A DNA stretch of 64,000 nucleotides from Eledone cirrhosa (taxonomy: Eukaryota). Below the pieces are notes generated by a model. It searched no databases and was not told the DNA's origin. It saw nothing but the letters and a program-made list of their open reading frames with translations. This document shows, one piece after another, positions 53,062 to 64,000 of the stretch. The stretch is taken from contig OZ024742.1 in the NCBI GenBank assembly GCA_964016885.1, positions 40,114,001 through 40,178,000 of the forward strand. The letters run 5' to 3'. Within the stretch, counting starts at the first letter, position 1. Every line of letters begins with the position of its first letter. Made by a program: the position numbers and the translations under genes.

Positions 53062-53205
53062 GGAAGAATCCACCTCAGTATGAGACTGGTACTTTTTTTA
53101 TCGACCTTGAAAGGATGAAAGGCAAAGTTGACTCGGCGGGATTTGAACTCAGAGATCAGAGAGATCGAATGAATACCATAAAGCATTCTATCCGACGTGC
53201 TGATG
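53062..53205 (-). mobile_element. tRNA-type SINE, partial
   Basis: CTGGTACTT..TTATCGACC..AAGGATGAAAGGCAAAGTTGACTCGGCGGGATTTGAACTCAGA. Confidence 0.8.
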
Positions 53206-53436
53206 ACTTACACGGGGTATTACATAAGATAAGCATATAAATTAATGAAAAGCATGGTGTATGCTGATAACATTTCCTACTGAAGTGTTTCCGTTGATCA
53301 CTCCCTTACTGATGCTATCTGAAAATCCTGGTAGAAGAGTAACAACTTTTCCAGTGATATGAGGTGTATTTGAACTCAGAAGTCCTAAAACAGGAACGGA
53401 TTCTTCATTCGATAATATCCACCGCCCTAGGCCTGA

Positions 53437-53525
53437 TATTTCGTTTATAGACCCAAAAATGATGGAAGGAAAAGTAGGCTTTAGTAGGATTTGAAGTCAG
53501 ATCATGGTCTTGAAACAAATACCAA
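53437..53525 (-). mobile_element. Degenerate SINE fragment
   Basis: TTTATAGACCC..GATGGAAGGAAAAGT..GGATTTGAAGTCAGA, a diverged copy of the same core. Confidence 0.5.
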
Positions 53526-53634
53526 TATATTTAATAGGAGCTTTAATTACATTGCCACTTGCACCAAATAAATTCTGATATCTAGGAGACCACTAATCAA
53601 GTGAGTATTCGATACATGGTGGGATATATAGTGG

Positions 53635-53636
<2 letters not shown>

Positions 53637-53715
<79 letters not shown>
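53637..53715. repeat. (TA)n-(GA)n microsatellite
   Basis: Directly visible. Confidence 0.95.
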
Positions 53716-54344
53716 CAGTTAGTTCCACAACACATTAGCAAACCATAGAAGAGGACGCGCATCCGAGACTGAGTGTTCTACTTAGTACGGATATAAGCAC
53801 TCGTTTTTTTACCACTGCAAGACTCGAAAACAGTCGAGAATATATAGTTTTCTCGTCTGTGTAAATCAGATTAATCATCTCATTTGCACATGAAGCTGCA
53901 TAAGTTCGCTCAATTTATAATAGAATAGAATTAGGATCCCCCTTACTTCTGCTGGACACCACCAGAGGGGCCATGCATCCCCACCCCAATAATTATATTT
54001 TTCTCCCCAAACTACCAAAAGCACACAACCATTAGTACATACGCTACAATTTATGTTATATGTTGTTTATCGCATATCGAAGATTTTTTTTATATTTTGG
54101 TTGATATTTGATAATGACAGCTAAACTAATCACTACAACTGAATTGACCAAATTCCCCCCAGCCCCTATTCAGAAATGTTTCCACCGCCACTGCACCATC
54201 AACAATATAACACCACTAACCCATTTTATATTAAAACATCAAAAGCCTTGAACCAAAAACACATTTTAAATTGATTCATATTCAAACTTTCCAGCATAAT
54301 TTTACATAAAAATCTTTCGTTTATTTCTGTTACAAATACCATCT

Positions 54345-54567
54345 TAATAATGGTTTCTGATTTAGGCACAAGGCCAGCAATTTTTTTAGGAGGGGAAAGT
54401 AGATTAAATCGACTCCAGTGCATTACTGGTGCTTTGTTTTATCGACTCCGTAAGGATGAAAGACAAAGTTAACCTCGGCGGGATTTGAACTCAGAGTGTA
54501 AAGGGCCGTAACTCTATACCACGAAGCATGTTGTCCGGCACTCTACCGATACTACCAATCCACCGCC
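54345..54567 (-). mobile_element. tRNA-type SINE, full length
   Basis: Reverse complement of the 47425-47649 family from the GGCGGTGGATT head to the ATT tail. Confidence 0.9.
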
Positions 54568-54569
54568 AT

Positions 54570-54790
54570 TAATAATGGTTTCTTATATAGGCACAAGCCA
54601 AGAAATTTGGGAGGAGGGGAAAGTCGATTAAATCGACCCAGTGTGTGACTGGTACTTTATTTTATCGACCCCGTAAGGATGAAAGACAAAGCCCACCTCG
54701 GCGGGATTTGAACCCTGAGTGTAAAGGGCCGTAACTCTATACGAGAAAGCATTTTGTCCGGCACTCTACTGATACTACCTCTCCACCACC
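54570..54790 (-). mobile_element. tRNA-type SINE, full length, tandem with 54345-54567
   Basis: Same family; joined tail-to-head via CATTAATAATGG. Confidence 0.9.
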
Positions 54791-55251
54791 ATTAATAATA
54801 AGATAATAATTAATTTTAGCAAATCCTCTCACACAGTTTATTTTATTAGAAATATGCTCTTAGAAGGGTTGACTAGCAATATAGAAATATATCAAAATCT
54901 GCTATGTAGTCACAGCTTCTTGAAGAGCTTTCCTCTGTCATCATCTTGATCAAAGCTGGTACCTGTGCATTCCATTCTTCCCAATAGAATAATTTCAACT
55001 TACTATTTAACAAGCTAGTTGTTCTCACTTCCTGCGCTGACATCACTAACAAAATTACTAAGCCTGTATTTTTCACCACACAGTCCACATCCACCCACGC
55101 CAAATCACTTGACAGGTCATAACACTGTACAACTCTCACCATTGCTTTGGATATTTTTACAACGCTGCTGGAAAGCAAACATTTTATTTATTTATTGACT
55201 GTAGGAAATTATCTATTTATACAAATGTACTTAAAAACTGTGATCCTTTAA

Positions 55252-55462
55252 TCCTTTAGCATTTACATTACTCTATATTTCCTATTGTATTTTTGTGGTA
55301 AAGGCTTTACCTCACATAATTACCTTACATAATATCGAATCTATGAGATTTTGATATTATTTATTTTGAGAACAATACCTTAACTTCAGTATGAGTAGCC
55401 AGTTACGGCTGGTTTGAACAGAAAGAGGTGAGAGAATTCGGGCCGGCTTAAATGCTAATGGG
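55252..55462. mobile_element. piggyBac-type MITE
   Basis: TTAA at 55248-55251 and 55463-55466; terminal inverted repeats TCCTTTAGCATTTA / TAAATGCTAATGGG (2 mismatches). Confidence 0.8.
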
Positions 55463-55609
55463 TTAAGGTTCAGTAATGCGCCTTATTGAGGTCTGCGGCC
55501 TAGGTAGTTGCTTAGTTGGCCTGGTGATAGCGCTGACTATGTTTTCACTAGCATGTTTTTATATGCTTTATCGAAATTATACATCTATTTTTCAAATGTC
55601 TAAATTTTA

Positions 55610-55865
55610 ATTAATATGAATATTTTTATTTGGTTAAACATACAGAAGAAGAAAGCTGTATTAAAATGGACTATAAATGCCATGCATGAGAGGAAAAGGA
55701 GGGGAAGAGCAAGGACTACTAGACAAAGGAAGAGAGAAAGGGGGAAGGGGAGAGGGTGACAGACTCTACACCAAGGTGAGAGCGCTGTTTCAGGGGCGCC
55801 CCGTGGATAAAATAGAAAAGGTATTTCACAGCCAACCCACATCGCGGGGCTCCTTTCTCAGATGG
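55610..55865 (-). mobile_element. Probable LINE 3' UTR with pyrimidine tract and AATAAA
   Basis: GC-rich then CT-rich on the minus strand, ending CCAAATAAAAATATTC. The family was not determined. Confidence 0.4.
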
Positions 55866-55880
55866 GCTGCTATTTATCCA

Positions 55881-56044
55881 ATTTGTCTGGGGTCCGAGGA
55901 CGTCTGAGGTCTCAACAGCGACTTGTGCAAAGAGGAAGCTGCCGGACAAGCTCCAGTATTTATCTTCTTGTGCTCTGCATTGCGAGCCACGGTACCGGAG
56001 TTTTTAACCGAGGCGACTAAGTTGGAGGCGGAGAATGTGTCACC
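55881..56044 (-). pseudogene. CRE-clade-like restriction-like endonuclease (RLE) fragment
   Basis: GDTFSASNLVASVKNSGTVARNAEHKK / KYWSLSGSFLFAQVAVETSDVLGP (one frameshift) matches DT.A.S...A..AE..K..KY..L....F.P.A.ET.G..G. Confidence 0.75.
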
Positions 56045-56132
56045 TATTTTACATATATATAAAACGTGGCTTTAATATAATAATAGTTACTTTTTTTTAT
56101 TTTGCTGATTCGCGTAATACATATATATATAT

Positions 56133-56584
56133 ATTTCGTTTCTGAATTTGTTAAGCAAGATTCTTTATCTGAAAACGTGTGTTGAAACCGATATTGTTAT
56201 GCTTTGGGAGGGTCATGTTGCCAATAAGAAACACACGCACCAGTTGCTTTCACTTCAATTTATTATAAATTAAATTTATAAATTTAGGAATTTATAAATT
56301 TCCGGTTGGTTGGTTGGTTCCACAACCAGACGATTGTTCATATATTGTCAAAGTTCTTTCGTCACACATTCTGTGATCTCTTCAGTGACTGGGGATTATG
56401 AATGTGTGACAGAATGTGTGACGAAAGAACTTTGACAATATATGAACAATCGTCTGGTTGTGGAACCAACCAACCAACCGGAAATTTATAAATTCCTAAA
56501 TTTATAAATTTAATTTATAATAAATTGAAGTGAAAGCAACTGGTGCGTGTGTTTCTTATTGGCAACATGATCCTCCCAAAGCAT

Positions 56585-56592
<8 letters not shown>
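56133..56592. mobile_element. Solo PLE pseudo-LTR (minus, 56133-56397) plus inverted partial copy (plus, 56409-56592)
   Basis: Highly similar to 63132-63407. The 184-bp arms 56191-56374 and 56409-56592 differ by one mismatch, and (TA)n flanks both sides. Confidence 0.88.
56347..56389 (-). ncRNA. Minimal type I hammerhead ribozyme
   Basis: GTCA CTGAAGA GATCACAGAATGTGTGAC GAAA GAAC TT TGAC: stem I GTCA/TGAC, stem II TCACA/TGTGA, minimal stem III, CUU triplet. Confidence 0.75.
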
Positions 56593-56616
<24 letters not shown>

Positions 56617-56619
<3 letters not shown>

Positions 56620-56678
56620 TTACGGGCGAAAGAGAGCAATATCCAACGATGGATATTGCCCGCTTTCGCCCGTAACTT
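56617..56678. repeat. 62-bp hairpin element
   Basis: AAGTTACGGGCGAAAG..GCAATATCC-loop-GGATATTGC..CTTTCGCCCGTAACTT, with a 16-bp perfect outer stem and a 9-bp or longer inner stem. Confidence 0.85.
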
Positions 56679-56724
56679 TTATTTTGATTATATTTAATTG
56701 CAACCACATAGCTCGCCATTTTAT

Positions 56725-56995
<271 letters not shown>

Positions 56996-57344
56996 TACTA
57001 TGAGGAGAAACTAATCATGTCATAGTATGCTGTCAGTTGAAAGCGAAAGAATTTCTAAAGACTTTAATTTACAATTGCCATCGCAGCATAGAAACGATAA
57101 ATAACTGAAAATGAAGTTATTTTGATCTGATTACCAATAATACATCTATAGGATTTTCCAACGTATTGAACAACCTATATCAGTCACAACAACGAAAGAT
57201 TGGTGTTTTATTAGGTGAAGAGACTTAGCTGTCGTCTATCTCAATCACAAACATCTAAAAGAAGTGAATTTTTGTTATTTTTCTTCAATATTAGTTTCTT
57301 TGGACAACGGTTTACAGGACAATCCAGTCACGACACGATAACCC

Positions 57345-58110
57345 CTCCACTGCTGGTGTCACGATAAAGCGCACCCAGTACACACGGTAAAGTGGTTGGT
57401 GATAAGAAAGGCATCCAACTGTAGAAAACCCAGCAAACAAAGGGTCGAGAGGACTATTCAGTTGTGTCCAAGTCATGAGACCCAGACAACCTCATTAGAG
57501 CTAGTGCCACGATAAAATGCATCCCGTGGACTGTGGAAAAGTATATAAGCGGGATGTGGAACCCCGGCCCGTTTGGGAGGTCAATTGTTCCATTTAAGTA
57601 CTGACGTGATTTAAGATGGCTCCTCCAATCCTTGTTATTAGGGAAAATAAACGAGGCGAAAGACGGGAGACTACATGACATAGAGAGCTTGTAGTGGATG
57701 TGTTAGTCTCTTAGACCAAGACAAAATGGAGCAGAACGGACCCTTTGGTCTTGTTGGGTACCTGACAATCTCTCTAATGTTAGTGCCACGAAGGAGTGCA
57801 CCTGGTGCGCTCTGTAAAAAGGTAAAATGTTTGGCAATCGAATGACGGCAATGTAAGATAGAGAGAACACTTCAGTCTGATCGATAAGACGACTTTGTTT
57901 TACTGGCACCATGATAAATACATCCTATTCTCCCTGTAAAGTATTAGTACTGGTACCACTATAAAATACATCTAATACACTCTGTAAGAAAGACATCCAG
58001 GTGTACAAACCACGCCAAATATGGAACGGATGAGCAAGATGAGGTCTCTCCAATCCTTCTAGTTTCGGACTGTGACAACCCCTCCAACACATGACAAAAA
58101 ATGATGATGA
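57345..58110 (+). mobile_element. Cluster of degenerate SINE fragments (TGCTGGTGCCACGATAAA..CACCCAGTACACTCTGTAAAGTGG..GGCATCCA family)
   Basis: The motif recurs near 57351, 57500, 57778, 57901 and 57947. Confidence 0.65.
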
Positions 58111-58374
58111 GGATGATTTAACCAAATGTCGTATTTGCAGAAGCGAAGGGGTATTAAAACAGGGCGCCACTATTTAACAGACTACTGACCGCTGAGAGCC
58201 AGATGTTTGTTCTCACTGCTCAGCTAAAGAGCGTCACATTTTCATTTCAATCTTTGTTCAGCGACTATGACTTCAGTTTTTTTGTGACATTTTTCAGCTG
58301 GTTTTATTTTACTCAACCCAACGGACTACTGGGCACTGTGGGCCAAATACTCACATGACAAGTCTACCTCTGTT

Positions 58375-58572
58375 CATGTTGTTGCTTAGCTGCAAGACAG
58401 TCTGACCAAATAAACAAAGGATATAAATCTATTGAGGCTGTGACCAGTCCTTCTTTCGAGAATTATATTATGCAATGTGTCTCTCCTTTTAAGAGCTTAA
58501 GGTAAATATTTGTAGGAAGTTTGATTACTATTTCTAATAGGTCTAGCAACCATGCAATGGCCCCTTCATTGA
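58375..58572 (+). mobile_element. Longer degenerate copy of the 558-680 dispersed repeat, starting with a (GTT)n end
   Basis: TGTTGTTGCTTAGC..GTGACCA..ATTATGCAATGTGTC..CTATTTCTAATAGGTC. Confidence 0.5.
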
Positions 58573-59424
58573 TCCGGACACGTCCTCGTAAATAGGTGTA
58601 GTCGATCGAATGATCTTGTCTATATTACTGGTAATTATCGACCACAGAACGATAGAAGACAAAATTGACTCTGATGACGAAGTTCCTTACACAAAGCATA
58701 TTAAAAGAAAAATAGAAAATGAATTGTCCATGCTTTTTCTAAAGGTATTAATGAAGTTAAGAAAAGCGATTCTAGCCAAACAACTATAATAACAATAATT
58801 TATCTAGAGCAGGGTTGGCGCCTGAATATTTCGAACACTAAATTAGCTTTACAATGTACACAACCTTCTTTTAGTTGCGCCTGACTCTCCTAAATACAAT
58901 AATTACAAGCCGATAAATTTAGTTTTCACACTTCTTGCTCTGACGGCGCCAAGAAAATTACGAAGGCTGCATTTTCCACTACACTATTACTCTAATGTAC
59001 TGTCCACTAGTAAATATATAATTATTTGAATTAACAGACCATATTTTTAGGTATTTTCTGCTAAATCATTACAGGTTGTTAAGAGTTAATATAGCTCCCG
59101 CCAGCTGATGTGAGATCAGCTGAGCGACACGTCCCCAACGTGGAAGATAAGTGATCCATTAGAAACAAAGCTGCTTCGAATACACTGAATAAGAAGCAAT
59201 GAACCATAACCAATCTATGCCAACGTGCAAAGAAAGCAAGACAATAGAAAACACACCAACTAAGACCTAAAATATGAAACGCAGAGAATTTAGAATTGTA
59301 TAAAGTTACCATCCCAATTGTAATATGACAGACCTGCCAACCTCTAAAAACCCAAACGGGGAGTACCATGAAAGAAAAATGCCCTCAAACGAGGAGAAAT
59401 TAGGAAAAATGAGGAGATTTTACA

Positions 59425-59634
59425 TAATGAAAGCTATACCCATTTTCATAAGAGAAGACATCTCTCGCATCGGACGAGGAGAGTTGACAGTTCTGATATG
59501 AACTGTAGAGACAATAGCTAGGCATTTGAATGGTTGGTTGAAGATGTTGAATATAGAGGTGAATTTGCTTGCTCTACAGACAACTTTGTTTTCTTTGCAC
59601 GGCAAGAACTGCAGGCAATGTGGTAGATATCTAA
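59425..59634 (+). pseudogene. Degenerate RLE C-terminus of an R4/Dong-like non-LTR retrotransposon
   Basis: REDISRI..LTVLI*TVETIARHLNGWLKMLNIEVNLLALQTT / FLCTARTAGNVVDI* resembles REI.RIW..V.PV.IGALGT....L..WL..L.I.....LQK..LLGTARILR.VLD*. Confidence 0.55.
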
Positions 59635-60084
59635 GGATGTAGAAGACAGTTTGATATCTAGCAATCCAAATAGCAGCAGAAGAACAACGGATTGTTGAGT
59701 AAATAGAAGAAAAGAAAATTAATAATAGAACTACGAAGGTAGAAAAAAGATGGAAGACATATATGATACAACAGCCAAATCTATTGTTGTTGAAAATAGT
59801 GGAAAGAATGATTAGATAATTACGTTGCGGAAGTTTTATCGTTTGTTTACATACTCTCAATACACATTTTTAAAACTCATCTGTTACGATAGATTTCAAT
59901 AAAACGACTTCTATTTGTGTATGCATGCATTTATATATATTTATGTGCATTTATATTTATATATGTAAGCATTTATATATATTTATTCGATAAGATTTGC
60001 TATAAAATATATTATAGGAAGAAAACACACTAGAGTCACGCACATTTATATGTATACAAATACACACACATACTTGTGGCCGTA

Positions 60085-60480
<396 letters not shown>

Positions 60481-60744
60481 TCATCATATATTCATGTATA
60501 CATGAATATATTTAAGCATATACTTGTCTGCATTTATACTCATCTCCCGTTTACTCCCTCTCTAAGTATATATATACGCACACATACACATACATACACG
60601 TATGGAATATAAATATTTATATGGAGGAAAAGAAAATCTGAGGTGTATGTAGTTATATTTATCACTGCACAGATATATAGACCTATATATGTACATATAT
60701 ACACAAACATATCATCATTTATCGGACGTTAAATGATGATGATG

Positions 60745-61029
<285 letters not shown>

Positions 61030-61324
61030 CAGGGGCGAAGGGTCCGTGCATGCAAAGCATGCAGTGCATGCGTTATAGAATCTTGAGTTGATCAATTGCG
61101 TCGGTAGAAGCAAGCAGAATTTTGGCTGCTTACTAAAACGTATAGACACAAAAAAAGATCACACACACACATACACTAGATAACAGTACATGCGGTTTTG
61201 ACTGGCAGGGTCATTTAGAGGGAATTGGGGTGAGGGGTGGGGGCTGCGTTAGGCTGCACAGCCCTACTTTCCGCCATGGCGATTGCACTGCATGCCTTGC
61301 TTTCCAGGTTACCCTTCGCCACTG
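61030..61324. mobile_element. hAT-type MITE (295 bp)
   Basis: Termini CAGGGGCGAAGGGT / ACCCTTCGCCACTG, extended by GCATGCAGTGCA/TGCACTGCATGC. The 8-bp target duplication is ATACATAC / AAACATAC (1 mismatch). Confidence 0.8.
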
Positions 61325-61333
61325 AAACATACA

Positions 61334-61343
61334 TATATATATA

Positions 61344-61405
<62 letters not shown>
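61334..61405. repeat. (TA)n microsatellite
   Basis: Directly visible; abuts the PLE 3' end. Confidence 0.95.
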
Positions 61406-61409
<4 letters not shown>

Positions 61410-61500
61410 TGGTGGAACACTGGAAGGTAATATCCGTAGTGGTAGAGCACTCAGTCCAAGGGACGAGTTAGGTAGAAGTGGTTACACAACAGTTAGTTCA

Positions 61501-61550
61501 CCATACCGAGAACAATTGTTTCACCTTAGCGGATCTTCAGCTCGGAATGG
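61501..61550 (-). ncRNA. Type I hammerhead ribozyme
   Basis: CCATTCCGAG CTGAAGA TCCGCTAAGGT GAAA CAATTG TT CTCGGTATGG: 9/10-bp stem I, short stem II, palindromic stem III AACAATTGTT, GUU triplet. Confidence 0.85.
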
Positions 61551-61691
61551 GAATGGTTATAGGAACATGAAGGGCAACCGTACGAACGCGCATGCGCAGA
61601 AACCCGGTCACTTCACACAGGCAATACTAGACTGCGTGCGAGAGGTGTAAGGGAGATAACTGCGAAAGTCCGAAAATAAAATTACAAAGAA

Positions 61692-62224
61692 TCAGTCCGG
61701 AGTCTTGTAGTTATGCAATAGGTGTTTGGCGACGTGTGGACAACGTGTTAAAAATTCACTTCTCGTGTTTAGGCAATCACTATTGCGTAATCTCTTTAGA
61801 ATAGTTATTCGTTCGTCAATACATAAGCCACACGTCGGATTTCCCCTTGCGTATGGCTTGGACTTAGTGATGGCTTTCCATTGAATGGAGTAGTCTATAC
61901 TTGAGTCCTTGAGGGACCATACGTGGCACGCTAGTTTCGTGGATGAACGTCTGTCCGGGTATCTGAGGGTAGACTAGTGGTTCAGGAAACGTTCCTTGAA
62001 TCGGCCCTCCGCCATGCCCACATAAGATTTGACCTCCTGTGGTTCGTTTGGTCGGTTGGAAGTGACCATAGCTTCATAGATTACAGCTGGTGTGTTGCAT
62101 TGCTGTTGAAGGGGGCAAGCTTCAGGCTTACGGCAAGAGCACCCTGGTGGGATGTTGCTCCTAGGGCTGCTGGTGATGTGGGCCTTCATGTTCTTAGCGC
62201 AGGAGTATCCTAGTTTAACTTTGT
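61692..62224 (-). pseudogene. PLE GIY-YIG endonuclease domain with one in-frame stop
   Basis: KVKLGYSC..NM..CSCRKPEACPLQQQC..VIYEA..KSYVGMAEGRFKERFLNH* continues in frame past the TAG (61974-61976) as STLRY..STKLACHVWSLK..QWKAI..CGLCIDER..LNTRSEFLTRCPH..* (stop at 61692). Confidence 0.92.
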
Positions 62225-62408
62225 GCTTGCCCCCTTCAACAGCAATGCAACACACCAGCTGTAATCTATGAAGCTGTGGTCACTTCCTACCGACCAAACG
62301 AACCACAGGAGGTGTGTATGTTTATATCTATGTGTATGTGCACACTCTCAGATAACCTGGCACTAATATTAAAATTTAAATATTTACACTACTAGATGTT
62401 TACGTTTG

Positions 62409-62526
<118 letters not shown>

Positions 62527-62682
62527 AAGAATTAGTATATCTACTAACATATATATACAGATGCATAACAATGCCAGCAAATATATAGTAACTTTGTGGT
62601 TCAATGCATGGGGATGCAGAACAATAATATGAAAGACGCAAAATAAGAAAATTATAAAAATTAACTTACTTACTAAAATTTC

Positions 62683-62762
62683 ACTCCAACTATAGTTTCT
62701 GAAAGGGAATAAACATAGTTTCCGAAGAAATGTACGGAGAAGCCTTTCGTCATCAGGGAAGT
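62683..62762 (-). ncRNA. Type I hammerhead ribozyme, extended stem II
   Basis: ACTTCC CTGATGA CGAAAGG..CCTTTCA GAAA CTATAG TT GGAGT; palindromic stem III AACTATAGTT. Confidence 0.78.
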
Positions 62763-62981
62763 CTATTCTCAGCTAAGTTTCCAGGCAATGCGTGGACACA
62801 GGTAACTTATACAAAAATAATTCAGTGGATGGAAAAAAGCAAAGCGTGGACTAAGTTCCAAGCCATTGAAAAAATCACTGCCTACTGCGTCGGTGGCAAA
62901 TTCAAAAGAATTAATCACGTGAATTATTTTTGTATAAGTTACCTGTGTCCACGCATTGCCTGGAAACTTAGCTGAGAATAG

Positions 62982-63063
62982 ACTTCCCTGATGACGAAAG
63001 GCTTCTCCGTACGTTTCTTCGGAAACTATGTTTATTCCCTTTCAGAAACTAATTAGTTGGAGT
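62982..63063 (+). ncRNA. Type I hammerhead ribozyme, extended stem II
   Basis: Core CTGATGA 62988-62994, 50-nt stem II closed by GAAAGG/CCTTTC, GAAA 63045-63048, palindromic stem III AACTAATTAGTT. Confidence 0.78.
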
Positions 63064-63355
63064 GAAATTTTAGTAAGTAAGTTAATTTTTATAATTTTCT
63101 TATTTTACGTCTTTCATATATATATATATATATTTCGTTTCTGAATTTGTTTAGCAAGATTCTTTATCTGAAATCGTGTGTTGAAACCGATGTTGTTATA
63201 CTTTGGGAGGGTCATGTTGCCAATAAGAAACACACGCACCAGTTGCTTTCACTTCAATTTATTATATATTTATAAATTTACAAATTTACAAATCTACAAA
63301 CTTATAAATTTCTGGTTGGTTGGTTGGTTCCACAACCAGATAGTTGTTTATATAT

Positions 63356-63400
63356 AGTCATAGTCCTTTCGTCACACACTCTGTGACCTCTTCAGTGACT
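63356..63400 (-). ncRNA. Minimal type I hammerhead ribozyme
   Basis: AGTCA CTGAAGA GGTCACAGAGTGTGTGAC GAAA GGAC TA TGACT: stem I AGTCA/TGACT, stem II GTCACA/TGTGAC, CUA triplet. Confidence 0.82.
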
Positions 63401-63713
63401 GGGGATTCCTTTCTTTGTTTCTGTGCCTTTCCTTTCTTCTATCCTACGCCATTTTGTTTCTGTGTGTGTGTTGTGTGCTCAGTTTGCGCATGCGCCACAT
63501 CCGGGTGTCTGTGTGTGTTTGTGTTCATTTATCTATTTGTTTATTTGTTTGTTTATTTATTTATTTATTTATTGTTGGTTGGTTGTTTGTTCTATGTGTG
63601 TGTGTGTTTTCATTTTGTCCTGTGTGTGTTTTCATTTTGTCCTTAATTGTAAGTTGTTTGTTCTATGTGTGTGTGTGTTTTCATTTTGTCCTGTGTGTGT
63701 TTTCATTTTGTCC

Positions 63714-64000
63714 TTAATTGTAAGTTGTGATGTTGCTGTTCCACTCATATTTTATATTTAATTTTGGTTGTAATTCTTTTATGCTTACTGCCTCTGTAAT
63801 TTGCCTAAACATTGCATCTTTTCTGTGTGTGGATTCTATTTGTATTTCTATGTTCTCTAATCTACCCTGTGTTCTATCTTAGCATGTTGGTAGAGCACAG
63901 ATGATTCTTTATTATTTTGAAGGTCTCGCCAGTGTTCATTTATTCGTTCCCCTATACTACGAGCTGTCTCACCTATGTACACTATATTTTTGTTTCTACA
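63714..64000 (-). pseudogene. PLE GIY-YIG endonuclease (one frameshift near 63865)
   Basis: CRNKNIVYIGETARSIGERINEHWRDLQNNKESSVLYQHAKIEH / LENIEIQIESTHRKDAMFRQITEAVSIKELQPKLNIKYEWN..*. Absent from the ORF track. Confidence 0.93.

Larger units (their letters stand above)
61406..62313 (-). mobile_element. 5'-truncated Penelope-like element with pseudo-LTR and inverted 5' duplication
   Basis: GIY-YIG coding remnant, hammerhead in the 3' region, 3' end at (TA)n, and 62225-62313 is an inverted copy of 62032-62120. Confidence 0.9.
62627..63119. mobile_element. Head-to-head palindromic pair of PLE-type pseudo-LTRs
   Basis: The arms 62627-62824 and 62920-63119 are near-perfect reverse complements with a 95-bp spacer. 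Each carries a hammerhead, and the outer ends meet AT/TA. Confidence 0.82.
63132..64000 (-). mobile_element. Penelope-like element 3' part (endonuclease + 3' UTR + pseudo-LTR), possibly Naiad-type
   Basis: GIY-YIG remnant 63714-64000, 71-bp tandem duplication 63582-63726, hammerhead 63356-63400, and 3' end at (TA)n 63117-63132. Confidence 0.9.

Noticed and set aside
54873-55178. 101-aa minus-strand ORF in non-repetitive sequence
   Set aside because: It has no recognisable motif, a non-ATG start and no clear exon structure.

Overview
Non-genic, repeat-dominated animal DNA. The SINE, MITE and microsatellite content looks like Octopus/cephalopod; this is inferred from recognition, not from a database search. 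About 43 kb (c. 1990-44990) is one tandem array of a 68-bp monomer (about 620-630 copies) with multi-kb higher-order duplications and older, more divergent copies at both edges. The flanks are a dense collection of transposon remnants. These include Penelope-like retroelement (PLE) GIY-YIG fragments and pseudo-LTRs carrying seven recognisable type I hammerhead ribozyme motifs, several inside head-to-head palindromes ending in (TA)n. There is also a rearranged Helitron that keeps an STPR-like repeat N-terminus and the Pif1 helicase C-terminus, with its middle replaced by an inverted copy of its own 5' end. The rest comprises tRNA-type SINEs, RTE, CRE-like and R4/Dong-like LINE 3' fragments, hAT and piggyBac MITEs, and long microsatellites. 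One 51-nt candidate host exon lies at 45301-45351. No intact protein-coding gene, rRNA, tRNA or CRISPR array is supported. I found no wholly new system; the strongest leads are the atypical hammerheads, the Helitron architecture and the origin of the satellite.
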